Source of the DNA: Felis catus | Lineage: Eukaryota | Direction: 5' to 3' | Assembly: GCF_018350175.1 (NCBI RefSeq) | Contig: NC_058368.1 | Span: 231,758,001 to 231,822,000, forward strand | Length of the DNA stretch: 64,000 nt | Translations under genes and position numbers: made by a program | In this document: piece by piece, positions 36,126 to 49,950 of the stretch | How the letters are laid out: each line of letters starts with the position of its first letter | How positions within the stretch are numbered: the first letter of the stretch is position 1 | The notes under the pieces: model-generated | The model's input: only the letters and a program-made list of their open reading frames with translations | The model's database searches: none | What the model was told of the DNA's origin: nothing

Positions 36126-38289
36126 CCAGATATAGAATTCATTGTTGACAGTATATGTCTCTCAGGGCTTTGAATATGTCATACCACCAATATCTGCCAT
36201 TCATGGTTTCTGGCCAGAAATCGGCTGTCAATATAAATTAGGATCGCTTGTACAAAATCAGTCACTTCTCTCTGGCTGCTTTCAAAATTCTCTCTTGGTC
36301 TGTACTTTTGACAGTTTGAAGATGATGTGTATGTGTAGATCTCTTGAGTGTATCCTACTTGGAATTCATGGAGCTGCTTGGATGTGGAGACCAATGGTTT
36401 TCATCAAAATTTGGGAGTTTTCAGCCATTATTACTTCATCAAACATCTCTTCTGTCTCTTCCTCCCTTTCCACTCCTTTTGAGATTCCCTTTATTCATGC
36501 GTGGAGAATCGTGACCGGCTTCCACAGGTTTCTGAGACTCTGTTCATTTTTCTTCATTTCCCCCCCTCTGTGTTTCTCAGACTGGATAATCTCAATTGGT
36601 TAGCATCAAGTTCATTTCTTCTTTCTTCTATCTGCTCAGATCTGCTGTTGAGCCATCTAGTGAATTTCTCATTCTAATTATTTGACTGCTGAACTGCAAA
36701 ATCTCTATTTGACTTTTAAAATTATTTCTACTTCTTTATTGATATTCTCTATGTGGTGAGGCATCCTACTTTCTTTCAGTCCTTTACACGTGGCCTTCTT
36801 TGGCTCTTTGGATGTATTTAAACAGTATGTGTAAAGTCTTTGACGATGAAGTCCAATGTCTGATCCTCCTCAGACACGGTAGCTATCGATTACTTCCTCC
36901 TCCCCCTGCCCTGTGTATGGACCGAGCTTTTTTGTTTCTTTGCAGGTCCCGCAATCTTTTTTGTTGAAAATCGGGCATTGAAAATAATATAATGTAGCAA
37001 CTCTGAAAATAGGGTCTTTTTCTGCCTTCATCCTGGCTTGTTGTTATTGTTATTGTTGTTTGTTGTAGTTACTGTTTGTTTGTTTAGTGACTTTTCTGTA
37101 CTCATTCTACCACCCCCAGCCCCCCAAATTGTGTTCTTTTTCTGAAGTCTCTACTCAGCTTAGTGGTCAGCTAATGATTGGACAGAGATTTCCTCAAATT
37201 CCTGGAGCCAGGAAGTCCCCCAGCATTTGACGAGGGCTCTGTATGTGTTTGGGGGCAATCCTTCAACACTCAGGCAGTTGACAATACTACCTTTACTTTC
37301 CCTTTCTGCCTGTGCAAAGCTTCAAGGTGAGCCAAAGGCGAGAACTTAGGACCCACTCCAGTTTTTATCCAAGCTTGCCACAACCCAGGGCACGTACACA
37401 GCTCTAACAGACGCATGGCCGTCTAAACTCCCAGGAACACCTCAGAGCTTTTCCAAGACCCTGTGAACTCTTTTTCCCGCCTTTCCCTCTTGGGTTTGCT
37501 TAGTCTATAGTGTGTCCTCACTGCATCCACCACCTCAGGCAATTAAAAGTTAAACATGTCCCTATCATGGTCTTCAACAAATACCCCTTGGGGAGAAGGC
37601 TTTTTGCACAGGGCAAGCTCTAAGGTCAAATACAGATAGCCTTGCAAGTAAGATCTTTCATGGAACCACGGGAGTGGTCAAATAGTGACAACTCTTTGGA
37701 ACTGGGGTTTGCAAAAGCCTCAGCTCTGGTGTGTTACCTCCAGCGGTTGCTGGTTGCCCTGGGAACACAGGCTTTCACTTTACATGGTTGTTGTAGAGCT
37801 GGAGAACAGAGGAGGGAGTAAGGCAAGCTAAATGCCACCAAGCTCCCTGACCTGGGACGTAGCCACTGATTTTCTGATAAGCTCCTCAGGTGCCTCCACA
37901 CCTTTGGTTAATTTCCAGGGTTCTGGAAAAGTCAATTCTGACCATTTTTGCCACTTTTCTCATTGATCTTATGGAGAAGAGAACTTCTGGCAAAGAGAAT
38001 TGTCATTGATGTCATTTAACTTTCTTGAAATAACTTTTCATGAAATATCTTAATTATGGTGCTTTTCTGTAGCCTCGGCCTGACCTCATAGCTCTGTTTC
38101 TGAAGGGGTTTGGCCCTGATTCTTAGTACTTACCTACTCATCTCTAAGCCTAAGTTTTCACTGCCCTATCACATATATATCCCTAAAATAAGTTGGAGTA
38201 AAATGGGTGCTTAGTGAGGCATCCAAGCTAATATATATATTGGCGCCCTTATTGTTCACATAAAGAAGTTTTATCACGAAGGATTTTAT

Positions 38290-38460
38290 TCCCACAAAGT
38301 TGCAGCCAGCAGCATGAGCATCACCTGTGCGTTTCTTAGAGATGCACCCTCTCGGGCCCTAACCGAACCTATTTTAAACCGGAAACTGGGGGGCCCAAGC
38401 AACTGTTTTGTTACGTACTTCGGGTAACTTTTATGTTCATTAAAGTTTAGCAACCACCAG
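38290..38460. mobile_element. MER5A (hAT-Charlie)
   Basis: ccagcagcatgagcatcacctg..ttagagatgca..ggggcccaagcaactgtttt..taaagttt..aaccac. Confidence 0.75.
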
Positions 38461-38722
38461 AAAAAAGAAAAAGATATATTTTACACCAGTTAAACATTCT
38501 GATTGCCTATGAAGGCCTTTATTCTCTACCTCTACTGAGTTGAGTGAAATTGGATGAATTACTTACTCTCACACACAGGCTTTATATCCAAATCTGTAAA
38601 GTGATGGGATTAAAATATGGAAGAGACCGTGGGGTTGGTTTTGTTTTGTTTTTGTGTGGCATCTGAATTATCAACCTTGCTTAAAAGCACCTTCCCCACT
38701 CAATGGTTAAAAAACAAAGGCA

Positions 38723-38908
38723 GGGGTGCCTGAGTGGGTCAGTCGGTTAAGCTTCTGATTCTTGATTTTGGCTCAGGTCATGATCCCGTGGTTGTGAGAT
38801 CAAACCCCACATTGGGCTCTGCAGTGAGTGTGGACACTGCTTGGGATTCTCTCCCTTCCTCTTTCTCTGCACCCTCACCTCAAAATAAATAAATAAATAA
38901 ACTTAAAA
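38723..38908 (+). mobile_element. Can-SINE (older)
   Basis: Head and tail. Confidence 0.9.
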
Positions 38909-39283
38909 AGAACACACAAAAGCGTAATTCCTGTATCTTATTATGTCATTAAATGGATTTTATCTTTCATCTAGATCTTTAATCCATCCTGAAATCATTG
39001 AAAACTTTTGCATAAATGCACATATATACCTTTTCTCTTGTTTACATTGTCAGCCCTTTGTCCAAGTATCATCTATCATATATCAAAACCCAAGTATTTT
39101 TCGTTTGGTTTCTGGATCCCAGGCTCTGTTTTGCCCAATTTGTCTATTCCCATGCCATATCGTTCTGATTAGAGTAGCTTTAACACACATTTAAGTATCT
39201 AGAAGATAAACTCCTTTTAATAGTCTTTTCCAAAACATTCTCAGAAATTATCAAGTTTATCCTCCCGTATAAAATGTACAATT

Positions 39284-39498
39284 GGGGCGCCTGGGTGGCG
39301 CAGTCGGTTAAGCGTCCGACTTCAGCCAGGTCACGATCTCGCGGTCCGTGAGTTCGAGCCCCGTGTCAGGCTCTGGGCTGATGGCTCAGAGCCTGGAGCC
39401 TGCTTCCGATTCTGTGTCTCCCTCTCTCTCTGCCCCTTCCCCGTTCATGCTCTGTCTCTCTCTGTCTCAAAAATAAATAAACGTTAAAAAAAAATTTT
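39284..39498 (+). mobile_element. Can-SINE (young SINEC_Fc)
   Basis: Perfect TSD aaatgtacaatt. Confidence 0.97.
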
Positions 39499-40518
39499 AA
39501 ATGTACAATTAATTTGTCCAATTCCAAAACAATGTTCATACGCAACCATTGGAAGTCTGACTAGCGTTGCACGAAATATATGCACTTGTTTGAGAAGCAT
39601 TTACAATGTTCAGTCTTCCCATTCAGGGATGCGACACGTCTTCATTTACGAAAGCCTTCCTTTACGTCTTCTGCAAAATATTAATATTGAAAGATGTGTT
39701 CTAGCCCTATGACTTCCTTGATAAATTTATTTTTAGTCATTCTGGAGTTTTAGTAGCTGTCATGAATGGAATCTTTTACCATTTCAATTTCTAAATGTTG
39801 TGCTAGTGGTGAGGAAAGCTGTCGAGGCTTTCAAATATTTATCTTACCCAGTGACATCTTCATGTGCTTGGGTTTTTTTTTTTTTTAAATGAGTTTGAAG
39901 AGATTTTCTTTTTAGTTAAGCCTCCTGAGTTTTCTAGGTATAAAATCATATTCTCGGCCAAAAGTGGAAGTGCTTTCACCTCTTTTCCAAAATTTACACC
40001 ATTCACTTGCTTCTGTCTTCTCGCATTAGCTGAACCCTCGCAAACCAGACTGAATTTTAGCAGAAGGTACCCCGTGGCTTGTCTTGTTTCCAGCTGCCCT
40101 AGGTACGCCTTTCGGATTTTACAATTCCATACCATGTTTTACGGTGATCTCTGGTTATCATTTAAAAGTCATTTTAGGGAGCTTTTACTTTTATCAGAAG
40201 TATTTAATCAGAAATCGTGTTTTACTTAAAGTCTTTAATCGCAACATTTTCTTCTCAATTAGATCAAAAAATTTTTTTTCAGGATCAGATGATTCTTTAC
40301 TCAAATTATTTATTAATATAATTCAATACACTGTTAAATTCCCTAACATTGAATCATTTCAGCCAATGCAGAATAAAATTTTTGTATAGTGGGTGTAGTA
40401 AAAGGTAATTTTATTTACAAGAGAAATGCATACAAATTGCATACTGTATAACATACATGTTATATATGTATATGCAATATAGAATATAGGTGATTTTTAC
40501 TGAATAATAAAAAAGTAT

Positions 40519-40750
40519 GGGGCGCGTGGGTGGCTCAGTCGGTTAAGCATCCAGCTTCGGCTCAGGTCATGATGTTATAGTTCATGGGTTTGAGCCCCGC
40601 ATAGGGGTCTGTGATGACAGCTCAGAGCTTGGAGCCTGAGAATTCGGATTCTGTGTCTCCCACTCTCTCTGACCCTCCCCCACTCACGCTCTGTGTCTCT
40701 CTGTCTCTCAAAAATGAATCAACATTAAAACAATTTTTTAAATAAAAAAG
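40519..40750 (+). mobile_element. Can-SINE
   Basis: Full copy; TSD aataaaaaagta. Confidence 0.94.
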
Positions 40751-40751
40751 T

Positions 40752-41520
40752 AGAAAATAGACAAAGGCTCTGAACATGCAAAACACAGATGAAAAATACA
40801 AATGACCAGTAAACATGAGAAAACATATTCAATCTCACCAATAATCTTTAAAATATAAATTAAAATGAGGTGCGGTTTGCCTTTCAAAATGGCAACATCT
40901 AAAAAGACTATTCACATTAAGTGGTAGAGACAATGGGAAAAATTGGCATCTTCACGCATATGTAGAGTTAGTATAACCTTTTAAAATATAACTCCGTAAG
41001 GGTGCCTGGGTACCTCAGTTGGTTGAGTATCCAACTCTTGAGTTCAGCTCCGGTCATGATCCCAGGGTCACATGATCGAGCCCTGCGTCCGGCTCTGCAC
41101 TATAAGAGTCTGTCTCCCTCTGCCCCTCCGTCCTGCTCATGTGCCCTCTCTCTCACTCAAGTAAAACTGTAAAAAAGAAATAAAATAGAATATCATTTTG
41201 TTTCACATATTAACATGGTTTATATGTATATGTGATAATCCAGAAATTTTATTGCTAGGAATCTATACAAGAATCACAGCATGAACTGGTAAAGATAAAT
41301 GTGTCAGGGTTTTCACTGCTACCTTGCATACAAGAATCAAAAGAGGAAAATCTCTTAAATGTAAATCAGTAGGGGGTTTGGTTAGCAAATTATGGTGAAA
41401 CATACAATTCCACGGACTCTTGCAGAGTGGTTAACGGGAAAGAGTGGGTCTAAGCTACCCGGTGTGTATATACCAGAGTCCCATTCTTAAACAGAAAAAT
41501 GTATCATTGCTTGTGTGTAT
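40752..41520 (+). mobile_element. Ancient L1ME-like 3' fragment
   Basis: aatacaaatgaccagtaaacatgagaaaacatattcaatctcac..aaattaaaatgagg. Confidence 0.6.
41000..41185 (+). mobile_element. Can-SINE (older)
   Basis: gggtgcctgggtacctcagttggttgag head. Confidence 0.88.
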
Positions 41521-42141
41521 ATAGACTCTGGGGACATGTTTTAATAAGGATAGTTAGCCAGGATCAGACCAGGAACAGTTGCCAGGAACAGTAGTTAATT
41601 ACGGTGGATCTAGCAGAAAAGAGTAGACCGAGGAACACGCAGTATCCTTGAGTCATCTGCAGAAATCAGCTCGTGGCCTCCAGGGTCTGTGCCCTAAACC
41701 ACGCACAGGAACAGGTCTGCAGCAGGACCTTTGCCGCCACTGAGTCGGGCACATTACAGTTTGCACTGCCACAAGGCTCAACCGTCCCTGCTGCTGCCCC
41801 GGGTCCCACGTCACTTCTGTTCCAGGAACCAGCCAGGCAAACACTCTTGTCCCAGGAGCCAGATGCTACTACTGAAGTGGATGCCATCGGCGCCTCCTTC
41901 CTTAGGCTGCTCCCCTGCAAAGCAGAGCCCGTGTGTGAGGACCAGCTTGATGGAGCCTGGAAGCATTTGAGATTCCGCTGCCGAGACCTGGGACCCCAGG
42001 TCCTCTCTGTTCTGCCTTGGGGAAGTGGGACTCATGGAAAACTCTACCTCCTTCTGCCCCCTACCAGTCCTCCAGCCCCCCACCTGCTTTACAGCAGGGT
42101 CACCTGCTCTCCTCCCAGAATGTTAGCTCCACAAGGAAAGG

Positions 42142-42510
42142 TACTACTGGTCTGAATGCATGTGTCCACCCCGAATTCATATGCTGACATCCTAACGCCC
42201 CAACATGATAGTATTTGGAGGTGGGGCTTTGGGATGCAGTTAAGGGCGATCGTGAAGGTGGAGCCCTCACGTATGGGATTAGTGTCCTTATCGAAGAGGC
42301 TCCACAGGGATCCCTCACTCCTTCCATCATGTGGGGACACAGCGAGAAGTTGCGAGCTGTGAACCGGGAAAAGGACTCAAACTAGAACTTGACTCTACTC
42401 GCACCTGGCACCTTGATCTTGGACTTCCCAGCCTCCAGAACTGTGAAATACACATTTCTATTATTGATAAGCCACCCAGTCTGCCATAATTTGTCACTGC
42501 AGCCTGGACA
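42142..42510 (+). mobile_element. MaLR LTR (MLT1A-like)
   Basis: aattcatatgctga..gtatttggaggtgggg..gggattagtgtcctt..ttggacttcccagcctccagaactgtga. Confidence 0.9.
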
Positions 42511-43061
42511 AGGGGGAGACGCTGTCTAATTCACTGGCAGCATCAACCCAGAGATTGTACCTCAGAGACCTTCAGTAAGTAGGGATTGCAGGGATGATGC
42601 ATGGCATTAGTTTGTAAGACCACCAGCCGGAGTGCGGTATTGAATAGCCTTGCTTCCTCTGTAGTTCTCTGCAAGCTCCTTTCCCATGGAATCCAGCTCC
42701 TGTTGAACTACTGTCACCCAAACATGAAAGGAAGCTGATTTCGTTATTGGTCCTGTGACTACACTGGCCCTTTTCTCCATACCTGCCTCTTCATTCAGTT
42801 CCCTGTCTCCGATGTCCTCACGCTACTAATGAACCAGCTTAGGACAACCAGCCGAGCAGATCTGTCCTAGGTGTCTCTGGGCGTCTTTGAACAGCATCAT
42901 CAGTGATTCAAAACTCTTCATCTGCCTACTCAGGGGCACATTATCCACCTACACTCTTCCAATCGCTCCTAATAGTTCTTAAGCGGGCTCTACATTTTCC
43001 AGAGCAGCTACTTGCAGATGTCTAGTCCTCAGATCAGCAACAAAGAAATGTCCGGAATGCA

Positions 43062-43113
43062 TTCCTCCTCCTTCTTCTTCTTCTTCTTCTTCTTCTTCTT
43101 CTTCTTCTTTCTT
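43062..43113. repeat. (CTT)n trinucleotide repeat
   Basis: Read directly from the sequence. Confidence 0.95.
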
Positions 43114-43251
43114 AACCAGTTGAAGCCTATACACGAAGTCCGGGCAGTTTATACACCTTCAATATCCAAAAGCACAGCTGTTGCTAGAAGGAAGTGCAAT
43201 GTCAATGTCATACAGTGTTCCTACAGAGAAGTCGCTCATGGGCTTGCAGAC

Positions 43252-43457
43252 TTCTTTCTTTTTGTTTTTTTTTTTAAGATGAAATTTATTGTCAAGTTGG
43301 TTTCCATACAACACCCAGTGCTCATCCCAACAGGTGCCCTCCTCGATGCCCATCCCCCACCCTCCCTTCTCTCCCACCCCCCATCAACCCTCAGTTTGTT
43401 CTCAGTTTCTAAGAGTCTCTTGTGTTTTGGCTCCCTCCCTCTCTAACCTTTCTTTCT

Positions 43458-43506
<49 letters not shown>

Positions 43507-44122
43507 TCCTTCTCCTCCCCCATGGTCTTCTGTTAAGTTTCTCAGGATCCACATAAGAGTAAAAACATATGGTTTCTGTCTTTCTCTGTATGACTTATTT
43601 CACTTAGCATCACACTCTCCAGTTCCATCCACGTTGCTACAAAGGGCCATATTTCATTCTTTCTCATTGCCACGTAGTACTCCATTGTGTATATAAACCA
43701 CAATTTCTTTATCCATTCGTCAGTTGATGGACATTTAAGCTCTTTCCATAATTTGGCTATTGTTGAAAGTGCCGCTATAAACACTGGGGTACAAGTGCCC
43801 CTATGCATCAGCACTCCTGTATCCTTGGGTAAATTCCTAGCAGTGCTATTGCTGGGTCATAGGGTAGATCTATTTTTAATTTTTTGAGGAACCTCCACAC
43901 TGTCTTCCAGAGCGGCTGCACCAGTTTGCATTCCCACCAACAGTGCAAGAGGGTTCCTGTTTCTCCACATCCTCTCCAGCATCTATAGTCTCCTGATTTG
44001 TTCATTTTAGCCACTCTGACTGGCGTGAGGTGATATCTGAGTGTGGTTTTGATTTGTATTTCCCTGATGAGGAGCGACTGCAAGGCTGGTTCAACATTCG
44101 CAAATCAATCAATGTGATACAT
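43252..44122 (-). mobile_element. Young 5'-truncated felid/carnivore L1 with a short 5' inversion
   Basis: Poly-T tail, 3'UTR with (TTTC)n, ORF2 C-terminus ([36 protein letters not shown]); 44078-44122 is sense-strand ORF2 ([15 protein letters not shown]). Confidence 0.95.
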
Positions 44123-44969
44123 TGACCAAACCAAGACTCTTGGCTAAGAGAACACTCCAAACTTTTCCAGCTTTGATTGAAACAAACAAACAAACCAAAA
44201 ACCCAAATGTTAGTATTTCCTTGTCTGGCTGCTTAAAACCGTACCCTGAATCACTGTTGGATTATACCACTGTGTCAATATTAGTTCAAAAGTTGGCCTT
44301 GCATCTTGTTTCAGCCACCTCTTCGACGATTAAATCAAATGTCTGATTGTACCTTCACCTTTTGATGCCAATTGCTACAAGCCACTACGGTTCTGTCGCG
44401 CGAGGAAAATAAAGGTGAACATTGTTTCCATTATCCATTCCATGCTTGAAGCCGGGTGGAACATCACAGGAGAAATGAAAAAAAAAAAAAAGTTTGCCAC
44501 AAAGAATCTGCGGTCGGGGAAATCATGAGTAGGGCTGGATGACGTGGTTTGTACTAGGAGCAATTGAAGAGAAATATTTCCACCAGATAGACCTTTAAAG
44601 AAGAGGACGGTGCTCTCTGTTAGCCCTGCCAGGGACAGGAGCACCAGGGTGGAAAATAGAGCACCGCGGACAAACATGGATCTGGGACGGAGTAATAGCA
44701 GGACAGGGACTGCAACCAGGATGTGGGAGGATTAAGGCACAAAGGAAATATGATCGTTTGTAACTAGACAGCCTCTGCTCTTACAAGGGTCTAGGTAGAG
44801 GGGGAAGGAAACACGACCAATTTTCTCCATCTTGTCAGAATTGCACGACTTTTCCAGGACACGCACTGGGTGGAGGAAAGATGAAACCCCAGAGGGAAAT
44901 CCGTTGTCCATCATGACAAAGCCAAGCAGACATAGGTGTTGCTCAGTCTTATTGTTGGGTGCTGTGGTT

Positions 44970-45181
44970 GTTTTTAATGTTTATTTATTTTGAGAGTGAG
45001 ACAGGGAGAGTCCATGGAAGCGGGGAAGGGACAGAGAGAGAGAGAGAGAGAGAATCCCAAGCAGGTTCCACCTTCTCAGTGTGGATCCCAATGCGGGGCT
45101 CGATCCCACGAACCATGAGATCGTGACCTGAGCCAAAATCAAGAGTTGGATGCCTAACTGACTAGCCACTGAGGGGCCCCC
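44970..45181 (-). mobile_element. Can-SINE
   Basis: TSD gttgggtgct. Confidence 0.92.
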
Positions 45182-45484
45182 GTTGGGTGCTATTTTTAAG
45201 GCAGAGATACTCTGACTACAAAGAGGCTTCAGGCTCCAACTTTCAAAGTTCCTGGTAGTCTACCTGTTCTGTGTCACAGCTCAGGGCAATGGCATCCTCT
45301 TCCTCTTTGTGACCGTGCAGCACCTGCACCCTGCTTCTAGGACTGGAACTTGTCTTCTGTGGCCGGTGCTGCTCTGGTGGTCCAGATGCCTTTCCTGGGC
45401 CAGCGCCCCGGGGCCACATGAGCTTTGTTGCTAATGATCCACCGATGCCCCCTCACTTCCCACGGCTTCTGCCGCCTGGAGCCC

Positions 45485-45863
45485 GCATTGGCTCCTACAG
45501 CAGCCACAGCAAAGTACCACAGACCCATGACTCAAACAACAGAAACTTATTTCCCTCCAGTCCTAGAGGCTGGGAATCCAAGACCAAGGTGTCGGCAGGA
45601 TCGGTTTCCCGAGGCCTTCTTGGCTTGCGGATGGCCGCCTCCCTCCTGTGCCTCTGCTCCGTCTTCCCTCTGTACCTGTCTGTGTCCTAATCTCCCCTTC
45701 TTGCGGGAACAACAGTCATGTTGAATGAGGGCCCACCCATACGGCTTCATTTGACTTTAATCATCTCTTCAAAGGCCCCGACCCCAAATGCGGTCGCATT
45801 CTGAGGTCCTGGGAGTTAGGATTTTAACACATGAGAGGAGGGAACACATTTTAGATCATAACA
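45485..45863 (-). mobile_element. MaLR LTR (MLT1B/C-like)
   Basis: caaagtaccaca..aacaacagaaa..gaggctgggaatccaagaccaaggtgtcggcagg..gcattctgagg. Confidence 0.88.
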
Positions 45864-46419
45864 GGCCAGACACTTTTTTTTTTTTTTTTTTAAGGAAACG
45901 TTCTAAAGCTATTTGGAGTCTGGTCATTAACATCCTCTGAGTATTTGACCTCCCCACCCCCCACGCCCCCCCCCAACGCACCAGAGCAACTTCCTGGTCT
46001 CTAAACCTGCAACCAAGAGAATTTCGCTTCTAAAACTATACCTGCTTCCCTAGAAAGAGGCATTCTTCTCCAGGGCCACCAAAGATGTGATCAGGGAGGA
46101 GCAGGACACGGAAAAGGAAGCCCCCCCAGGAGCACAAAGGGAATCATGGAGAAAGAGGACAGACAGGCCCTTCAAAGTTGTACAACAAGGCTGTCCGAGA
46201 CCTCACCCTCCTGCGGGACAGAGCTGCTGTCGCTCAGCAGGTGGTTCAGGCCACCAACCAGTGACCGCCTGTGCCATCCCGACTCACCCCATTCCTGAAC
46301 ATGAGTTCAGGAAAAAGAAGAGACGGGATGGGACCAGCACGGCCCCATTTCCTGTAGCTTCCGTGGCTTTTCCGCAATTCCTTACTGAGGGGAAGGTCGG
46401 TCAAATGCTTGGGGTTCTG

Positions 46420-46918
46420 CGTGGCGGGCGTTGGGCTGAATATGAGCCCCAGAGATGCCCACTCCCAATCTCTGTTCTTTGTGCTCCTCTGCCTGGTGAA
46501 AGGGACTTTGCAGATGTGACTAAGTTTTAAAAATTTGAAATGGGGAGGTTATCCTGGAATATCTGAGTGGCTTCGACGTAATCACAGGATCCTTCCAAGG
46601 GAAGCTGGGGGTGGTGGTGGTGGTCGGAGGCAAAGATGCTGTGACGATAGAAGCAGAACCCAGAGAGGAGAGAAGACGCGGTCCCGCTGACTGCGAAGGC
46701 CGAAGAAGAAGCCCCAAGCTAAGAAATGTGGGTGGCCTTTAGAAGGCAAAGAACAGATTCTGCCTCCGAAGAAACGCGGCCCTCCCAGCACGTCGACTGG
46801 GGCCTGGCAAGACGGGTTTGGCGCCTCTGACCTCCAAACTGCGAGGTCATCGATTTCTACTGTTGGAAATCACCAAGTCTGGGGTCATTTGCGATGGCCT
46901 CCGTGGGAAACGAACGCA
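46420..46918 (+). mobile_element. MaLR LTR (MLT1C/D-like)
   Basis: aagggactttgcagatgtgactaag..ttatcctgga..gtaatcacagg..ctgacctcc. Confidence 0.85.
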
Positions 46919-47208
46919 GCATGTAGCAGATATGAATGTGTGTCCGGAGCATTAGCCCAAGAAACATCACATTATTTAATTTCTGAAGTGTGTATCGTAT
47001 TAGAAATATAAAATCTCATCTCATATTTAAATTAGAACTAACTGGCAAGAAGGGGGATGACGAAGAACTGTGTACTGTTGTCATCGCTGATCCCTCCCTT
47101 GTTCCGGACTAAGTGATCCTGAGAACTTACCCAGGATCCCCCAGCTTCAGTCTGGGATGCGAACGGCTGTGCTCTCACTGTCTAAACCCGTCGTCCACGC
47201 TAACAATT

Positions 47209-47422
47209 CCGGGGTCAGCACATTCTTTTTGTTTGTTTGTTTGTTTGTTTTTTTCAGTAAAGAGCCAGATAGTAAATATTCTAGACCTTGCCATCTCTGT
47301 CTGTTCTCCGCTCTTGCAGCGTGAAATCTGTCGTAGGTAATATGCAAACAAGAGGACGGGCTACGTGCCAACAAAACTCAGTTTACAAAAACAGGCTGGG
47401 GCCGCATATGGCCAGCCAGCCC
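47209..47422. mobile_element. MER58A (hAT-Charlie)
   Basis: ggggtcagca..gtaaagagccagatagtaaatatt..ccaacaaaact..tttacaaaaacaggc. Confidence 0.82.
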
Positions 47423-49950
47423 CCAAAGGCCACCCAGAGGCGGGCAAACTGCCCCTCGCAACGTCCACTCCCTGTGACGAATTTGGTGACTGGGACCTTT
47501 TATGCAGCCTCAAAGGGCACAGGTCTTAGGGGTAAGTCCTCAAGCCACCACAGACTCCCTTTGTAGGTGACCCCCAGATGGGGTGCTCCCTGGGGTCCAG
47601 GTCTCCCAGCAGAACTCACTCCTACCTCCCCTGCCCAGCCCCAGAGACGCCCGTGCTCTGTGGGTAGGTCCCGTCTCCTCATGCTCCCCCTTCCTTACCC
47701 CTCTTCTTCTGCACGAATCCAACTCTTTCCCTCCAGGAGTCCCTTTGCCATTTGATAAAAGGAAATAAGCTTCTTTTCCTCTCATAACTGGAGAAGAAGA
47801 ATTAATGTCCTCCATCAGGTTACCCTGTCCTTCCACGTTACTCAGCCTGTTGGAAATATGGTTAGACTTGGGTCGATCGCTTAGTAAGCTGTAGGTGGTT
47901 TTCGTTCTATACAAAGGCTCGGTCATCATCGGCCAATCCTTTTGTTGCCTTAATAAGTCACAAGCTACAGCACCCCCCAGACGACAGTGCAGATAAACAT
48001 CTAACTCCTGAGCCATATAATTGAAAACTACAGCCTGATTCTCATGGCTGGAGCTGGGAGGCCCCATGACCAGCTTTCCTCACGTGACGGCCCATTAGCC
48101 GGGTCCATGGCTGTCGGGGTGCCCCACTCATGCCGTCCTTGACCTTTCCCTGCTCTTCCACTCTCCTCTGCAGGTTGTCGTCTGGTTCTAGGAATCCCCA
48201 CAGTCGCTGGTCCGGCCAGGCTGAATAGGCTTATACAGAGGAGACAAAGGGACTGTCCTGGGTTGGAGCCACCTGCCTTTCCCTAGCATCAAAACAAAAC
48301 AAAAATAAGCTCTTTAGAGCCTAGTAAATATACATCCACTCTTTGGCTTGCTCGTCCACGCTAAGCTGACGGCTAATTTTTAGCATTTGGACAAATGTTT
48401 CCGGTCGCTGCGTATGAGGTTTCATTATACTAAAGAAAACGTTTAATGGGTTCGTCTTGAACAAAATGGCGCACTTAAGGGCAATTTTAAGAAGATTTTT
48501 ATTCAACAAAGCTTTTTATTTGAAAGTAATAAATGTATGGCTTCAAAAGAAAATTGTTAGTAAAGGTTGTACAAGTGGCAAAGTACTCTGTTTCCTTTCC
48601 CCTTTGTTCTCTTGGTATTCAACCTTCACTCACCCACCTACGCTTATTGAAGAAGAGTCTTTGCCTAATGACACAGTAGCTTACCTTCCCTGGCAAGACT
48701 GAGGAATCAACAGGAGGGAAACAAAGGCATCTGGAAATCACAGGCAGGCTTATCATCAAATCATATTTCTTGAGCATCCAGAAGGGGGAAAGCACTGTGC
48801 CAAGGAACGTATGAGCTGAGTGAACGGAAAAACAGCAGAGACCCACAGGGGAGGCAGATTAATCTGTTGACCAAGAAAACAAGCTAACAACTTCCGTTTC
48901 TACAAATTTTAAAGAGAAACAGCACGGAGGTCTATGGTGCTAGCACAAAATGATTTTCCTCATATTCTGTCTAAGAATCTGCTTCAATTAACTTACCTGG
49001 AGAAGTTGAAGACTCGAGGGTTCGAAAGTAGGAATGACGGACTGTTATTCTTTTCCAGTTCTTTTCCATCATTACACAATTTTCCTTCCAATGAACTCAC
49101 CACAGGACAGTCATGACAGAGCCATGCTGACATTGTTGATGAACTTTTGTCAGTTACTCAAATTAAGGAGAAAGGTACGTATTGACTGTCCCATCGAAAA
49201 CACCAGAAATACAGATCACGCTTGTTTTTGTTGATTTGAGAAATAAATTTGGGATTTCTCCTCACCTAGTACTTCAGGAATCGCACTCTGCTGAACACAC
49301 TGATACCCTCTAGTTAATGCGTGTTGCCCCAACAATAACTGGACAGAAACCTGGATTTGGAAAGGCAGGCAGTGGATAACAGGATACATTCCTCGCAAGG
49401 CACTTACCTAATTCCCTACATAAAGTCAGACACCACCCGCAGACCCTTTGTTTTTCTTCATCAGGTAGGAGCTGTGGGCAGTAGGGTAACTTGCTTCCAT
49501 CGCTTGGGAACTGGCCAGCTTTCTGGATGCTACTGCTCAGGTGAGAGAGAGAAACTGCCAGGCTATGCCGGCGTGCAGAAGCAGCAGGGCGTCCGGGGGA
49601 GTCTGCCAGGCACTCCTCACCTTCTCAAGAGCCACCTGTCATCACAGAGAACGTTTATTCTTTTTTTTTTTTTTTTTTGCCACACACAACTAAAAAAAAA
49701 CTAATCTGTCCTTTGTTGCGGTGCAAATGCCCGTAAGATTCCAATGCTCCGTGAGAAAAATTAAGAGCTGAGAGACCGGTACTTAATAAATCAGAAGACC
49801 ACTTTAAAATAAAGCTTAGTTCCATGGATTTGGCCAAGAAGGGAGAAGGTGGGCAGGGGAGAAGAGGCAAATCGAAAATGAGAGGAAGAGGAAGAGAAAG
49901 CTCACAGGGGATGAGTGAGGGGGTAAAAAGAGGGAGAACAGAAAAAAGCA

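Larger units (their letters stand above)
34100..38010 (-). mobile_element. Old L1M 5' region (ORF1 and 5'UTR), interrupted by Tigger and SINEs
   Basis: tttagtatttcttgt, ctgctttcaaaattctctc, ttttcatcaaaatttgggagttttcagccatt, ctcagactggataatctcaatt antisense ORF1 motifs. Confidence 0.8.
38640..40390 (-). mobile_element. Ancient L1 (L1ME-like) ORF2 fragment with nested SINEs
   Basis: ctagatctttaatccatc, tcttcccattcaggga, ttttctaggtataaaatcata antisense ORF2 motifs. Confidence 0.65.

Noticed and set aside
43542..44083. ORFs with clear protein homology ([18 protein letters not shown])
   Set aside because: Frameshifted C-terminus of L1 ORF2p in a truncated element, not a host gene
47540..48067. 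175-aa minus-strand ORF in unique sequence
   Set aside because: No recognisable domain or family and no supporting exon structure; consistent with a chance ORF (a BLASTP or PhyloCSF check would settle it)
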